Origin: the human T2T-CHM13v2.0 reference genome, Homo sapiens
Assembly: GCF_009914755.1 (NCBI RefSeq)
Contig: NC_060935.1
Strand: one strand, 5' to 3'
Length of the DNA stretch: 64,000 nt
Positions 1 through 11,571 of the stretch are shown one piece after another. The position numbers and the translations under genes are program-made. Every line of letters begins with the position of its first letter. Positions within the stretch are counted from its first letter, which is position 1. Under the pieces are notes generated by a model, which had not been told where the DNA came from, did no database searches, and saw only the letters and a program-made list of their open reading frames with translations.

Positions 1-489
1 ATCTTCTGAAATCCTTTATTGCTTATTTGAGACTTACTGTTTATACCGAATCACTAGTTCTCACTGTATTTGTTTGCCTTGTAAGCCTAACTGTGCTGAA
101 TTATTTTTGAAGAAAGATATTAGAGGTACTGCATATATAGAGCCTGGCATAGAGTCAGCACTTAATAGAATCCTGTTGACAGATTAATTGCAGATTTGAT
201 AAAACAGGGATTTTCCCACAATGGGATATATTGCCAAGAAGATGCCATCAAATCCCCTTTCAGGAGATATTTATAAATAAGATTCATTTTCAGCCACTTC
301 AGGTCATTTACTGAGTTCCTACTAGAAGTGAAAGGAATGGCCTCCAAAATTCCCTTCTAAGCGTGTGATTTGTTAACACTGGGAACTGTCTTTCTAAACT
401 CCCATATCCCTTTCCTTCAAGGTATTTACAACAATGAGACTCAATAATCCTGCCCTTATCCATAATATAATGTTTTGGAAAGATCATAA

Positions 490-715
490 GCTTTGGGATT
501 AGTCAGTTTGGGATATTCATTTTTAGTCTATAATGTAAAATCTTGGAAAACGTGATCAGTTTTTACCTCTCTAAGCTGCTGTTTTTTTTTTTCACTTGCA
601 GAATGAATTCAATGACAGCTACCTCATAGGTTTGTTCTAAAAAAAAATGTAAAATTGTGTAAGTTAACACAGTGTCTGTAAAACCATAAACACTCAAAAG
701 ATTTTAGTGCTCTTT
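490..715 (+). mobile_element. MIR SINE (degenerate)
   Basis: MIR core-like ttttacctctctaagct...acctcataggtttgtt...aacacagtgtctg...cactcaaaag. Confidence 0.65.
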
Positions 716-2694
716 AATTTCTTCTAACTTAATCTTTGATAAAAAGATATTCCCATAAGTTATTATGTTTCAGTAGAGAATGGCCATTTGTCATGGGTTA
801 GTTTGTGAATATGCATGAATATATATATAAGATTGTTACACCACAAAGCTCAAATTAATTAGAAGATAGATAAACTCTAGATATCAACCCTGGGGATGGC
901 TACAATCTGATAACACAAAAAAGTAATCCATATAGCACTTCTAAATAATAAAAAAATTACTAGCATTTAGATAATAAATTGTTTGTTTCCAGAAAGTGAG
1001 TGGCTATAATACGATGGCCGTCCATTGCAGAGCTCAGAGAGACAAGGACTCCCCAAGCAGTTGCCAAAGCTATAAAAAGAAAATGTTAACAACTGGAAAG
1101 ATTTTAACATTTATATAAATCAGTGTGGTAGCAAATAACATAAACAGCAAAATAACTAATAAAAATGTAGTTCATTATTTCTATACCAGAATATCTCAGC
1201 TTTGAAAAGTTACAGAGGGAGACAAAGAATAACGTGAAATTGACATATTAACATTGGTATTAGTAAGGGGTTGTATCATTTAGGACTGGGAAAGAGTGCT
1301 GAAAGAGGTATCAAAAGATTATTTCAAACCAGGACACGGTTCAGAGATACATGAGAGATCAGAACTAAGACAAACATAATCATGAGCCATTCCAGAGTAA
1401 GACATATTTTTAATCTCTCTACAGAGTTAAGATCCTTAAAAAACCACTTTAGTTTGTTACAGATAGAAATTTTAACAAAAGGTGTAGTCAATGTCTTGGT
1501 TTCCAGAATGGCCTGATTCCAAAGTTAATCAGTGGCTTTTATTAATACAGCCCTAAATTATACTTGACCTTTTGTGGGTGGTAAAAGAATTTGTCATCAT
1601 AAAATATAAACCAAATATATGCAATGATTTTTGTGAGCATGCACACACACATACTCACTCACAATTTAGTTCCAATATAGTAACCTGTGGGGGAAAAATT
1701 ACTTTAATATTATAAAATCCACAAAGCAAATAAGTCAATTCAGGATTCACTGACTTCTTAGACTAGGGCAGAATTCCAAACACTTTTATGTTAGAAAAAT
1801 CAACTCCCAGGAAATGAATGTCGTCAGTAACTAACAGTAAATATGAATGATCTCCACATATAACAGATCATAAATGCCGGAAATATTTATACATATTTAA
1901 AATACATGAATGCTTCTCTTTTGGTGACTGTATAAATGAAATTCACTTAAACTTTTGCATTTGTGATGCTTCTTGAGTTAGTGTTTAATAGCAATTATAA
2001 ATTTAACTTTGTATACACAGACAAATTATACAATCCAAGTTTAAATTAATTTTCATTAATAAAAACAATATAGTGCATTGAGAATATCCAACTGCATTCA
2101 ATTGCATTTGATTTAGCCACTAAAATTCATCTGAAATAAGCAGTAATTTAATGTCTGCAATATTAATTCTAAATTCAAATGATACACTAATTACAGACTT
2201 TTCAGACAGCTAATTACTTCAGTTGGAAATACAGAATTACTTTCATTTATTAGACACTTGTTTAACTTAGAGCATTACACATTTTAGATGCTATTTTTCC
2301 TTTTGCATAATGACCCTCTACGGTTCATGGGTCAAAGACTATGAATTAACATATAATTACTTCAGCTATAACTACTTGACACCATTCATGGGAAATAGTT
2401 AAGTAAACAGGACATCTAGATCCACATTGCGACTACTTGCAGAAAATTTTAGTTTCTCTGGAATAGGAAACCATGCCATCATCAACTTATTGCACCCATC
2501 AGTATCTACCACATAATATGTGCTCTCTATACGCAGTAAATGGAACCATGGATATTATTCTTGGGAGAATTTGGTACGTACTAGTTCATACACACTTTCC
2601 TACCTGTAAAACATTAAGCCGTTTTTCAACCAATAAACATGTGTCTTAGTGGTGGGACTGAGGGACTTGGAAAGAAAAGACATTGCTAAATATG

Positions 2695-3250
2695 GTGAGA
2701 AACTGAATATATAAATAGACAATGATCAGATTGTATAGGATGGTGCAAAAGTCATTATGATTTTTGCCATTAAAAGTAATGACTTTTGCACCAACCTGTA
2801 TAAAAATTAAAACTCTGACCCACAATTGGCATTAATCTGCCTAAAAACTCAACCCATTATCTTCAGTAACCAGCCCAGGAAGCTAGCCTACCATCTAAAG
2901 GAAATACCTATAAGAAGTCAGACCACTGTCTCTAACAAGAAATCCAGAAAGCCAAATGATAGCCCCTGTAATGATTGGGCCCCAGTGATCAATACTTGAT
3001 TAATAACTGACAGCTTCCCTAATTTTTGTTCCTACTTCCAACATAAGACTAACAGCTTCTCCAGACTAACAGCTTCCAATCAGAGCACACCTGAAGGCTT
3101 CTTTACTTTTGATGATTAAGCTTTCCCACTCCTATACCTGCTTTTGAGGCTCTAAAATCAAGTGATAGTGGCCACCTCCCTCACTATGGCAAGTTTTGAA
3201 TAAGTAGCATTTTTTGTTCTCATTTGAGTGGCTGTTGTTTACTTCCTCAA
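2695..3250 (+). mobile_element. ERV1-class solo LTR (MER90/MER110-like), interrupted by MADE1
   Basis: aactctgacccacaa...cagtaaccagcccaggaagc...gattaataactgacagcttccctaatttttg...gttctcatttgagtgg resembles MER90-type LTRs; subfamily from recall. Confidence 0.6.
2736..2798. mobile_element. MADE1 mariner MITE, internally deleted
   Basis: taggatggtgcaaaagtcatta...tttttgccattaaaagtaatgacttttgcaccaacct; MADE1 terminal inverted repeats flanked by TA. Confidence 0.85.
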
Positions 3251-3335
3251 TGAAAAAAATTCTGGATGGTGAGTTTATGAATAATTTTTTGAAAATTTTA
3301 TTCTGTATATTACAAATGTTCTAGTGAGTTTGCTT

Positions 3336-3582
3336 ACTCAATGTTTAACATAAAGAAGTGATACGAACTATAGGCAATAGATTTAGACTAAGTTCCACCT
3401 TTACAGTCTGTGTGGTCTCTGACAAGTAATCTAACTTCTCCATAACACAATTTGTACGACTGAAAGATGGGAATAATCCATGCAACCATCCTTTTGGGTT
3501 ATCACAAATATTAAAAGAGAAAATATATGTTATAACTTATAACTGTATCAATGAGTGGAAGTACTGTGAACCATTCACATCA
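3336..3582 (+). repeat. Inserted copy of 5151-5400 (local duplication, MIR-containing)
   Basis: Manual alignment: 13 substitutions plus one 3-bp indel in about 247 bp. Confidence 0.95.
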
Positions 3583-3879
3583 TTTGTAATATACAGAATA
3601 GTGAATGAGTAAACTCCTAGAACATTTGTAATATACAGAATAATACAATTTAATAGAGTTTTATAATCAGAAACTGTAAGTGTTATTTAGCCAAATAGAG
3701 AAAATATATCCTTTATATTAACATGTTTACATACTCCGGGTGCAGGTGGGTATAGACAGGGGTGGAAGTTCAGGAGACATCTTGGGGAAACACTTGGGAA
3801 GACTGTGTGTTATGGCTCCCCAGGTAGAATATTATCCTGCGTTATTGGGAACCACCGTGAAATGCTGCATGTGTTACTC

Positions 3880-4308
3880 TGAAATGGCGGAGTTCAGAAC
3901 ATGCTACCCCAAAATATGATGCATTTTATGAAACAGCAGAAGCAGAAAATTCTCTCTGATCTCTAGCCTTCTGCCTTGAAGCAAGCCGTGAAAGAATTCT
4001 CTGACCTTCCTCTAAGGTAAGTCACGTGACTCTCATTCCAGCGAACCCTTCGCAACACTAGAGAAAGGGAATGTGGCACAAGTACACTAAGAATTGGAAT
4101 AAACAGGCTTTGCTCATACTTCTGTATGACTGACCATAAAAATACAGAGATTTTTCTGTTCATTGAGTCTTCATTTTTTAAAATATTCCCATGTCACATA
4201 AAACTTACATTAAATAAATGGCTGTGCTTTTCTCTTGTTAATTTGTCTTAGTGATAAAGGTCTCAGCCCTGAACCTCACAATGGGTGAGAAATCTTTTCT
4301 CCCCTGCA
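3880..4308 (+). mobile_element. ERV1-class solo LTR (MER39/MER34-like)
   Basis: gttcagaacatgctaccccaaaatatg...cccatgtcacataaaacttacattaaataaa...cagccctgaacc...ttctcccctgca. Confidence 0.7.
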
Positions 4309-4639
4309 GTACTTTTCTTTCTTACTCAAGAATAAACATGACCAGAGCTCTGATTATCTTCCAACTCTTGACATCCAAGTTTTGAAACGTCCTTTGTAAA
4401 GAACTGCTAATTTCTGGCAACCAATTGCTGACAATCTAAAGACATTAGTAACGTTACTGATTTCAGTGTATATGAAGGCTACATATACCTTCAGCATGAT
4501 GATCTTTTATTGCTGTGAGAACGTATCTTTTTATCATCCCTTCCCATGAAATAAATAAACCCAGCAATAAAGTGATATGGAAAGAAAAACAGCTCTTAAG
4601 ATTGATTGTAATGTGACAAGGACCTGAATATGTTTATGT

Positions 4640-4800
4640 ATATTTAATTTCATAACATTGCAATAAAATAGGACTATTATTTCTCCCATTTTCAAATTAA
4701 GAAACTGAGACCTAAATGGGTAAGTAACTTGTTCAAGATGTAATGTTTAATACTGTCTTAATTTACACAGGTTTATTCCAAAGGTCACACTCTGAATTAT
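4640..4800 (-). mobile_element. MIR SINE
   Basis: tattatttctcccattttcaaattaagaaactgagacctaaatgggtaagtaacttgttcaag. Confidence 0.7.
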
Positions 4801-5150
4801 CAGTCATAATTTTTCCCAGTCCGTCCCTGAAAAGAAAACACACACATGCACACAGAGACATGATTATAAAACACGGGTCAAGTACTAACAAGAGGAATAA
4901 ATTGATCATGTTATTTTATATCTTGTAGTCTAATATTCATATTGCCTCTCACATATCTGGGTTTGGTAAAGAATTCATTCACCCATATCTAAGAGGTTAG
5001 GATTACCAGTCTTAAGAAGCAAATAAATAAATTATATTTCAAACAGAGTTTAACATATGAAAAGTGTTTTGCTTATTGAAAATTTGAGAGGGGGCTTGTT
5101 ACTTCCCTCATTTTCTAATATGTACCTTGTGAATTGTATAATATACAGGC

Positions 5151-5400
5151 ACTCAATGTTTAACATAAAGAAGTGATAAGAACTATAGGCAATAGATTTA
5201 GACTACTAAGTTCCACCTTTACAGGCTGTGTGGTCTCTGACAAGTAATTTAACTTCTCCATGACACAATTTGTACAACTGAAAGATGGGAATAATCCAGG
5301 CAGCTATCCTTTTGGGTTATCACAAATATTAAAAGAGATAATATATGTCATAACTTATAACTGTATCAATGAGTGGAAGTACCTTGATCCATTCACATCA
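5151..5400 (+). repeat. Donor segment (MIR plus flank) of the 3336-3582 duplication
   Basis: About 95% identical to 3336-3582; continuous with native flank (ggcactcaat). Confidence 0.9.
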
Positions 5401-5539
5401 AAATTTCTCTATTTCAAACAACATAAAAGTTTGAAAAAAAATGCCAAGATGGCATATCATTAATTGATAGAGTTTATGCTCTTTCAGAGACTCTTTTAGA
5501 AACCAGCTAAATAGGTTTTCAAACATACAATACCATTAT

Positions 5540-5632
5540 GAGAGATGAGGAGAAAGAGAAGAGGAGGGTAAATGAAGAAGGAATAAAGAGAGTGGAGAAG
5601 AGAATAGAGTAGAAAGAAAGAAAGAAAGAAGG
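5540..5632 (+). repeat. GA-rich low complexity with (GAAA)n
   Basis: Purine tract ending agaaagaaagaaagaaagaa. Confidence 0.8.
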
Positions 5633-6579
5633 CCAACATACACACTATTAATTGTTTTATTTTCTATTTATAAAGCAGAACCCTGAAACCCTTTGTCTTT
5701 CCTGATAATCTTTAAAAACTCTCCCAATAATTCACTTTTCAGTAGTTTTCCACTTGTTTCTAAGTACCTCAGAGCAGGGAGAAGCAGTTGATTTCCTGAT
5801 GTAATTATAAGCTGTATTTTAATTAGATTAGTGATAACTAATGCATTTTAAGTTTCTGACTTTGTTGCTTAGGTAGAATACTAATTGAAAACAAAATGGT
5901 TAGAAGCAGGCAAATCAGGTTACAGGTTGAACTGACACCATGCTGTCCTCAGTAAATAATCAAAAAGGAATAACAAAGTCTTTCCTGATCCTGTTCTCTG
6001 CTTCTTGTTTTCTCCTACGTTGTAAACTAGAAAAAGATATTTAGTGTAGGACACTGTATTTCTTCAGCATAGGTAATGTATGAACATGAACTATAGCACA
6101 GTGGATGAGACAAGAGAGAAAGAATGAAAAAAAATATGAGTATGACAGAAAGAGTGAGAGAGTGAGGCAGAGAGAAAGAGAGGGTAAGAAGATAGAGCCA
6201 AAGCCAGAAGCAGAGGCAGACAGACACAGAGACAGGGACACATACTGGCTCAGCTGAGGATTCTACTTACTTATTCTATTATGGAAGTTTATCAACATTT
6301 TTAATAGAAAAGGTAGTATGTGAGTTTTTTATTCTCATCTATATTAACATCAACAATTCTATCCACAAACCAATCCTATTCTGGTCCTATCAGAACTTCT
6401 CTCTCATTCACAATGTTTATCATTTGTTGTGACCTTAAAATTTTTGATTTACCTAAATAATATTTTTCTCATTAATTTGAGCACACAATGTGTCTATTTT
6501 GTTTTGTGTCCTTTACACTTATTTTGCTTCTATAGTGCCAGGCTATGTGCATCCTGTCTTCATATATGTTATCTAATAC

Positions 6580-7043
6580 TGTAGCAGGACAAGCAGCAGA
6601 CAAGTACCCCTCAGACACCTAGTTGTGGAAGGAAAGGGCTTTATTCAGCTGGGAGCATCGGCAAGACTCAAGTCTCCAAAAACCGAGCTCCCCTAGTGAG
6701 CAATTCCTGTTCTTTTTAAGGGCTTACAACTCTAAGGGGGTCTGCATGAGAGGGTCGTGATCAATTAAGCAAGCAGTGGGTACATGACTGGGGGCTGCAT
6801 GCACTGGTAATCAGAACAGAAAAGAACCGGACAGGGATTTTCACAGTGCTTTTCCATACAATGTCTGGAATCTATAGTTAACATAACCAGTTAGGTCGGG
6901 GTCAGTCTTTAACTACCAGGCCCAGGGTGTGGCAACAGGCTGTCTGCCTGTGGATTTCATTTCTGCCTTTTAGTTTTGACTTCTTCTTTCTTTGGAGGCA
7001 GAAATTGGGCATAAGAAAGTATGAGTTGTGGTCTCCTCCCATA
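6580..7043 (-). mobile_element. HERV-E LTR (LTR2 family), no internal sequence
   Basis: tgtagcaggacaagcagcagac...gggctttattcagctgggag...ggaggcagaaattgggcataag...gtggtctcctccc, reverse complement of LTR2; inserted in an L2 3' end; TSD not cleanly resolved. Confidence 0.9.
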
Positions 7044-7261
7044 TTCCAGGCATGTGCTCAATAAATGCCATAAGAATGTCCTGAGTGAATGAAAGGGTGA
7101 ATGCGTGGACAGATAATTTGTTTACTTCCTAAACAAAGCTTTTCACATAAGAATTTTTTTAAATTAGCTAATGAGCACCTAATGTATGCTAGGCTCTTGG
7201 GAAAAAAAGAATGAACACAACACAATTTTGTTTCTACTCTGTTTAACAAACAGTGATGCAG

Positions 7262-7445
7262 ACTTATTATTTGCCAGTTATTGTTCTACATGCTTTCCAA
7301 ATATTAACCAATTTAATCCTTTTAACAAGCCTATTATGTAAGTACAATTATATACAGAAACACAGACTCAGAGTAGTTAAGTGATTTGCCTAGGACTATT
7401 CAGCTAATAAGAATTTGAATTGAGATTCAAACACAGGTATGCAGG
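7262..7445 (-). mobile_element. MIR SINE
   Basis: tttaatccttttaacaagcct...tacagaaacacagactcagagtagttaagtgatttgccta...gagattcaaacacagg. Confidence 0.75.
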
Positions 7446-9515
7446 AATATGAATTGTAACTTATTTTTCTTGGATTTTGCTACTCAGACTATAAAAATAT
7501 ATGCATACACAACACACATTTCTGACTTTTTTGTTTAATTACCTTCTTTTTAAACTCATTAATATCCTTGTATACTCATAGGTATTCATCATGTGTGCAC
7601 GGCACAATAGGTAAAATGTATCCGAGAAAACACCAAATATTTAGAATTAAACAAACACATTCTAGTAATTAAAGGATCAAAGAAAAATTGCAAGGAAAAA
7701 TAAGGGATGTTATGAATGATAAAAGCATATCAAAATTTTGGAGATGAGCTAAAAAAACTTAAATGAAATATATAGCTTCGAATGCTAACACAAGAAAAGA
7801 CAAAATGTCAGTGACCTAAGTTTTCACTTTAATATGTGGGAAAATAAAAAAGCAATACGAAAGAAATAAAGATGAGAGCAGAGTTCAGCATAATAAACAG
7901 AGGAAAACAACAGAGAAAATTAAGTGTCAAAAGTTAGTTGTTACAAAAATAAACATAATTGATAAACCTCTAGCAAAACAAATAAAGGGACACAATATAT
8001 AAATATCAGCCATGAAAGAGAGATTATTACTAGATTGTACAGACACTAAAAAGATTCTAAGATAATATTACTTGTAACTCTATGCAAAAAAACATTACAC
8101 CTGCGTAGCTCAGACAAATTTTTTGAGAAACATCACTGGCCAAAACTGATAGGAGGCAAAACAGAAAATTTGAATAGTCCTCTGAATGTGAGTTTCATTT
8201 TGACAACTCCAAAACAGGTAAAACAATAAACCCAGATCATTTTACTGCTAGGATGTATCAAACATTAAAGAAGAAATAACATCAATCTTAAAAAACTCTG
8301 TCATGAAACATAAAAGAAGGAAATACTTCCAAACTCATTATGTAAAGTCACATAAAATTGGTACCAAACTACATGACAAAAAAAGAACACTATAGATTTA
8401 CATTCCATTACTTATGGTCTAGCGATATTCCTAGTAAATAGCAATATTCTTAGTAAAAAATATTTTTAAAAGCTAGAATAGAATGGAAATTCATCTATCT
8501 GATAAAGGATATCTACAACAAACTTAGATAATATCAACTTAGTGTTGAAATCCTAAAATATTTTGTCTAAAATCTAGAATAAGGCATTTCTATTCAGTAT
8601 TACACTGGATGATCTAGTCTTTGTAATACGACAAAAAAACAGAAGTAGCTGAAAAAATACAGCAAAGAGACAATTAAAACTGTCTTTACTTGCAGAAAAT
8701 ATAAATTTTTATATAGAATATCCTTAAAAATTTACAAATGTTAAATAAACAACAGGAAAAATTAAGAGTTGAAGTTGGTTATTTACAAAGATCAACAAAA
8801 TTGATTAACCCATCACTAGGCATGTCAAGAAAATGACACCATATATTAATATCAGGCATGAAAGAGTGGGTATTACATAGATTGTATAGACATTGAAAAG
8901 ATACTGAGAAAATAAAATTGAAGATTAAGTTAACAAGTTTGCAGACACAAAGTTAATGTACAGAATCAATCATTATTTTATATGCTAGCAGCAAAGAATT
9001 GGAAAACAAAATATAATTCCATACACAATAATCTCAAAAAAGAGAATATTTAAAAAACAATTTTCACAAAAATGTTTGGACCTACACGGGAAACTATAAA
9101 ATTTTGCTGAGAGCAAAAAAAGCACAATTTATGGAGATTTACATAATATTCATGAATTAGAAGACTCAACATTATTAATGTAGATTCTACTAATTCCAAT
9201 TGGTTTTTTTTGGAAAAGATTACAAATTGAATATAAAAGCTATATAGGCATGCAAAGTGCAAAGAATATCATAAGCAATATTGAAAAAGATGAACAAAAT
9301 TGAAGAAATTATACTATATGATTTCAAAACTTACTTTAAAGTTATCACAAACAATATGGCATTGGGCATATAAATCAATAGATTTGAATATAAATTTCAA
9401 ACATAGACCTACATATATACATCCATTGTTTTAAATGAAGGCACTAAAACAAAATATAATATGGGAATAACTATTTGTTTTTAAAAAAATAAATCTTGAC
9501 TCCTACCTCATACAA

Positions 9516-9826
9516 CAGTCTTCCTTTATTCACGGGGAATATTCCAAGACCCTCAGTGGATGCCTGAAACCATGGTTAGTACCGAACAATATACATATTT
9601 TTTTCCTATACATACATATCTATGAAAAAGTTTAATTTTTAAAATCAGGCATAGTAAGAGATTAACAAAATAATAATAAAATAAATTATATAATATGCTA
9701 TAATAAAAGTTATGTTAATGTGCCCCTCCTCAAAATATCTTATTGCATGTAATATTTTCAGATCACAGTTGACCCTGTATAACTAAAACCGTAGAAAGCA
9801 AAACCATACATAGGGATGAACTAATG
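9516..9826. mobile_element. MER44 (Tigger7-derived MITE)
   Basis: ttccaagaccctcagtggatgcctgaaacc...agtaagagattaac...cagttgaccctgtataactaaaaccgtagaaagcaaaacc. Confidence 0.8.
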
Positions 9827-10264
9827 TATACAAAAGTGAGTTAGAGATGGATAAAAGATCCACATGTAAAATAAATAATATAAAGCTTTTAAAATAAAAC
9901 ATAAGGAAATGTCTTCACAACTTGGGACTAGGCAAAAACAGGTCATTTAAAGCAATAACCATACAATAACAAATCGATAAATTAGACTTCATCAAAAATA
10001 AACATTTTTCCATCTAGGGCATAATTAAGAAAATGAATAAATAAGCCACATACTGGGAGAATATATTTGCAAAATATGTGTGTCACTAAATCTGATATCT
10101 GGAAATACCTCCTATGACTCAAAATTAAAAGACAAACAACTCAGAAATAGATGACATATGTGAGTAAGCATTTCACAAGAAAAATACAAATAAATGAAAA
10201 ATATCTCAACCTCATTAGACTCTTGGGAAATGCGATTAAAACCATAATGTGATACTACTATCAC

Positions 10265-10388
10265 ATTTGAATTGAGATTCAAACACAGGTATGCAGGAAG
10301 TATTTCACGTTTGGATTTTGCTACTCAGACTATAAAAATACAAGCATACACAACACACATTTCTGACATTTTTGTTTAATTATCTTCT
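10265..10388 (+). repeat. Inserted copy of 7413-7547 inside L1
   Basis: 35-bp identical block, a replaced internal segment, then about 78 bp with 4 substitutions. Confidence 0.95.
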
Positions 10389-10699
10389 AAATTTCTAAAT
10401 TTAGAAGAGTGACAAAACCAAAAGCTGGAAAGGATATGGAGCAACTCGAAGTCTTACAAACAGTTGGTGCAGATGTAAAATGGTGTAACTACTTTGGAAG
10501 AAGTTGTCCTGCAAGTTCTTATAAAACTATGCACATATTAATCCTGTGACCCAGCAATTCTACACATATGCCTCTATAAAAAATATATCAAAATATATGC
10601 TTAACAAAAACTGGACAAGAATGTTTCAGGCAGATTTATTCATAATAAGCCAGAATTAGAAATAGCTCAAGTGTCCATATATGGGCAAATGCATTTTTA

Positions 10700-10964
10700 T
10701 TCTTTTATTTTATTTTTTTGAGATGGAGTCTCGCTCTGTCGCCCAAGCTGGAGTGCAGTGGAGGCGATCTCGGCTCACTGCAAGCTCCGCCTCCCAGATT
10801 CAGGCTATTCTCCTGCCTCAGCCTTCTGAGTAGCTGGGACTACAGGAGCCCGCCACCACGCCCGGCTAATTTTTTGTATTTTTTTAGTAGAGATGGGGTT
10901 TCACCGTGTTAGCCAGGATGGTCTCGATCTCCTGACCTTGTGATCCACCCACCTCGGCCTACCA
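10700..10964 (-). mobile_element. AluY-like, 5'-truncated
   Basis: gcaagctccgcctccc, caccgtgttagccaggatggtctcgatc; TSD caaatgcattttta (10686-10699 / 10965-10978). Confidence 0.95.
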
Positions 10965-11160
10965 CAAATGCATTTTTAAAAAAGTTTGTTATACTTATAC
11001 AATGGAATAATATGAAGCCTTACAAAAGAAAGAGAGGCCATTAGAAAATACTAATACAAACAAAATATCAATAATCTATCTCATAATATGATACTGAATG
11101 GAAAAAACCTTACACTAAGGACTACATAATATCTTTGATATTCATACACAATACAGTGGC

Positions 11161-11389
11161 TGTTGGAGCCTTTTGTCTATAGCTTCTTGCATTTCTGCAC
11201 ATTTGGGAACAAAGGGAACCAAATAACATAAATAAGATGTTTACGATACTTGTTGTGCCTTGAACAATAAAAATCTTTTTCTTTAACTCAGGAATCGTGT
11301 GTCTCTAACCAGCATCCCTGAAACTGTGGCAGGTTAAATTGTTAGCTTGCCAGTATTGGCAAAAATTTCGGACTTTTCACAGTTTTGAC
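11161..11389 (+). mobile_element. ERV1-type LTR remnant inserted in MER3
   Basis: TG start, aataaa, cagcatccctgaaactgtggcagg...gttagcttgc...cacagttttgac; family uncertain. Confidence 0.5.
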
Positions 11390-11571
11390 CGTAGCAACAT
11401 CTGGCTAATTAAATTTAAATTTTTATTAAATGTAATTTATAATTCAATTACTCAGAACTACCAGCCACCTTTCAAGTGCTCAATACCCACACGTGGCTAG
11501 TAGCTACTATATTAGAGAGCGTACTTATAGAACATTTGCATCATTGCAGACAGTTTGGTTGCACAGAGGTG
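11390..11571 (-). mobile_element. MER3 (hAT-Charlie MITE)
   Basis: ttcaagtgctcaatacccacacgtggctagtagctac...atagaacatttgcatcattgcaga; the remaining terminus (aatacagtggc) lies at about 11150-11160. Confidence 0.8.

Noticed and set aside
2311-2334. TGACCC-n12-GGGTCA everted nuclear-receptor half sites
   Set aside because: Non-canonical spacing; expected by chance in 64 kb
3299-3642. Novel TIR transposon
   Set aside because: The apparent left TIR is host L1ME sequence, there is no TSD, and the interior is a local copy; template switching explains it better
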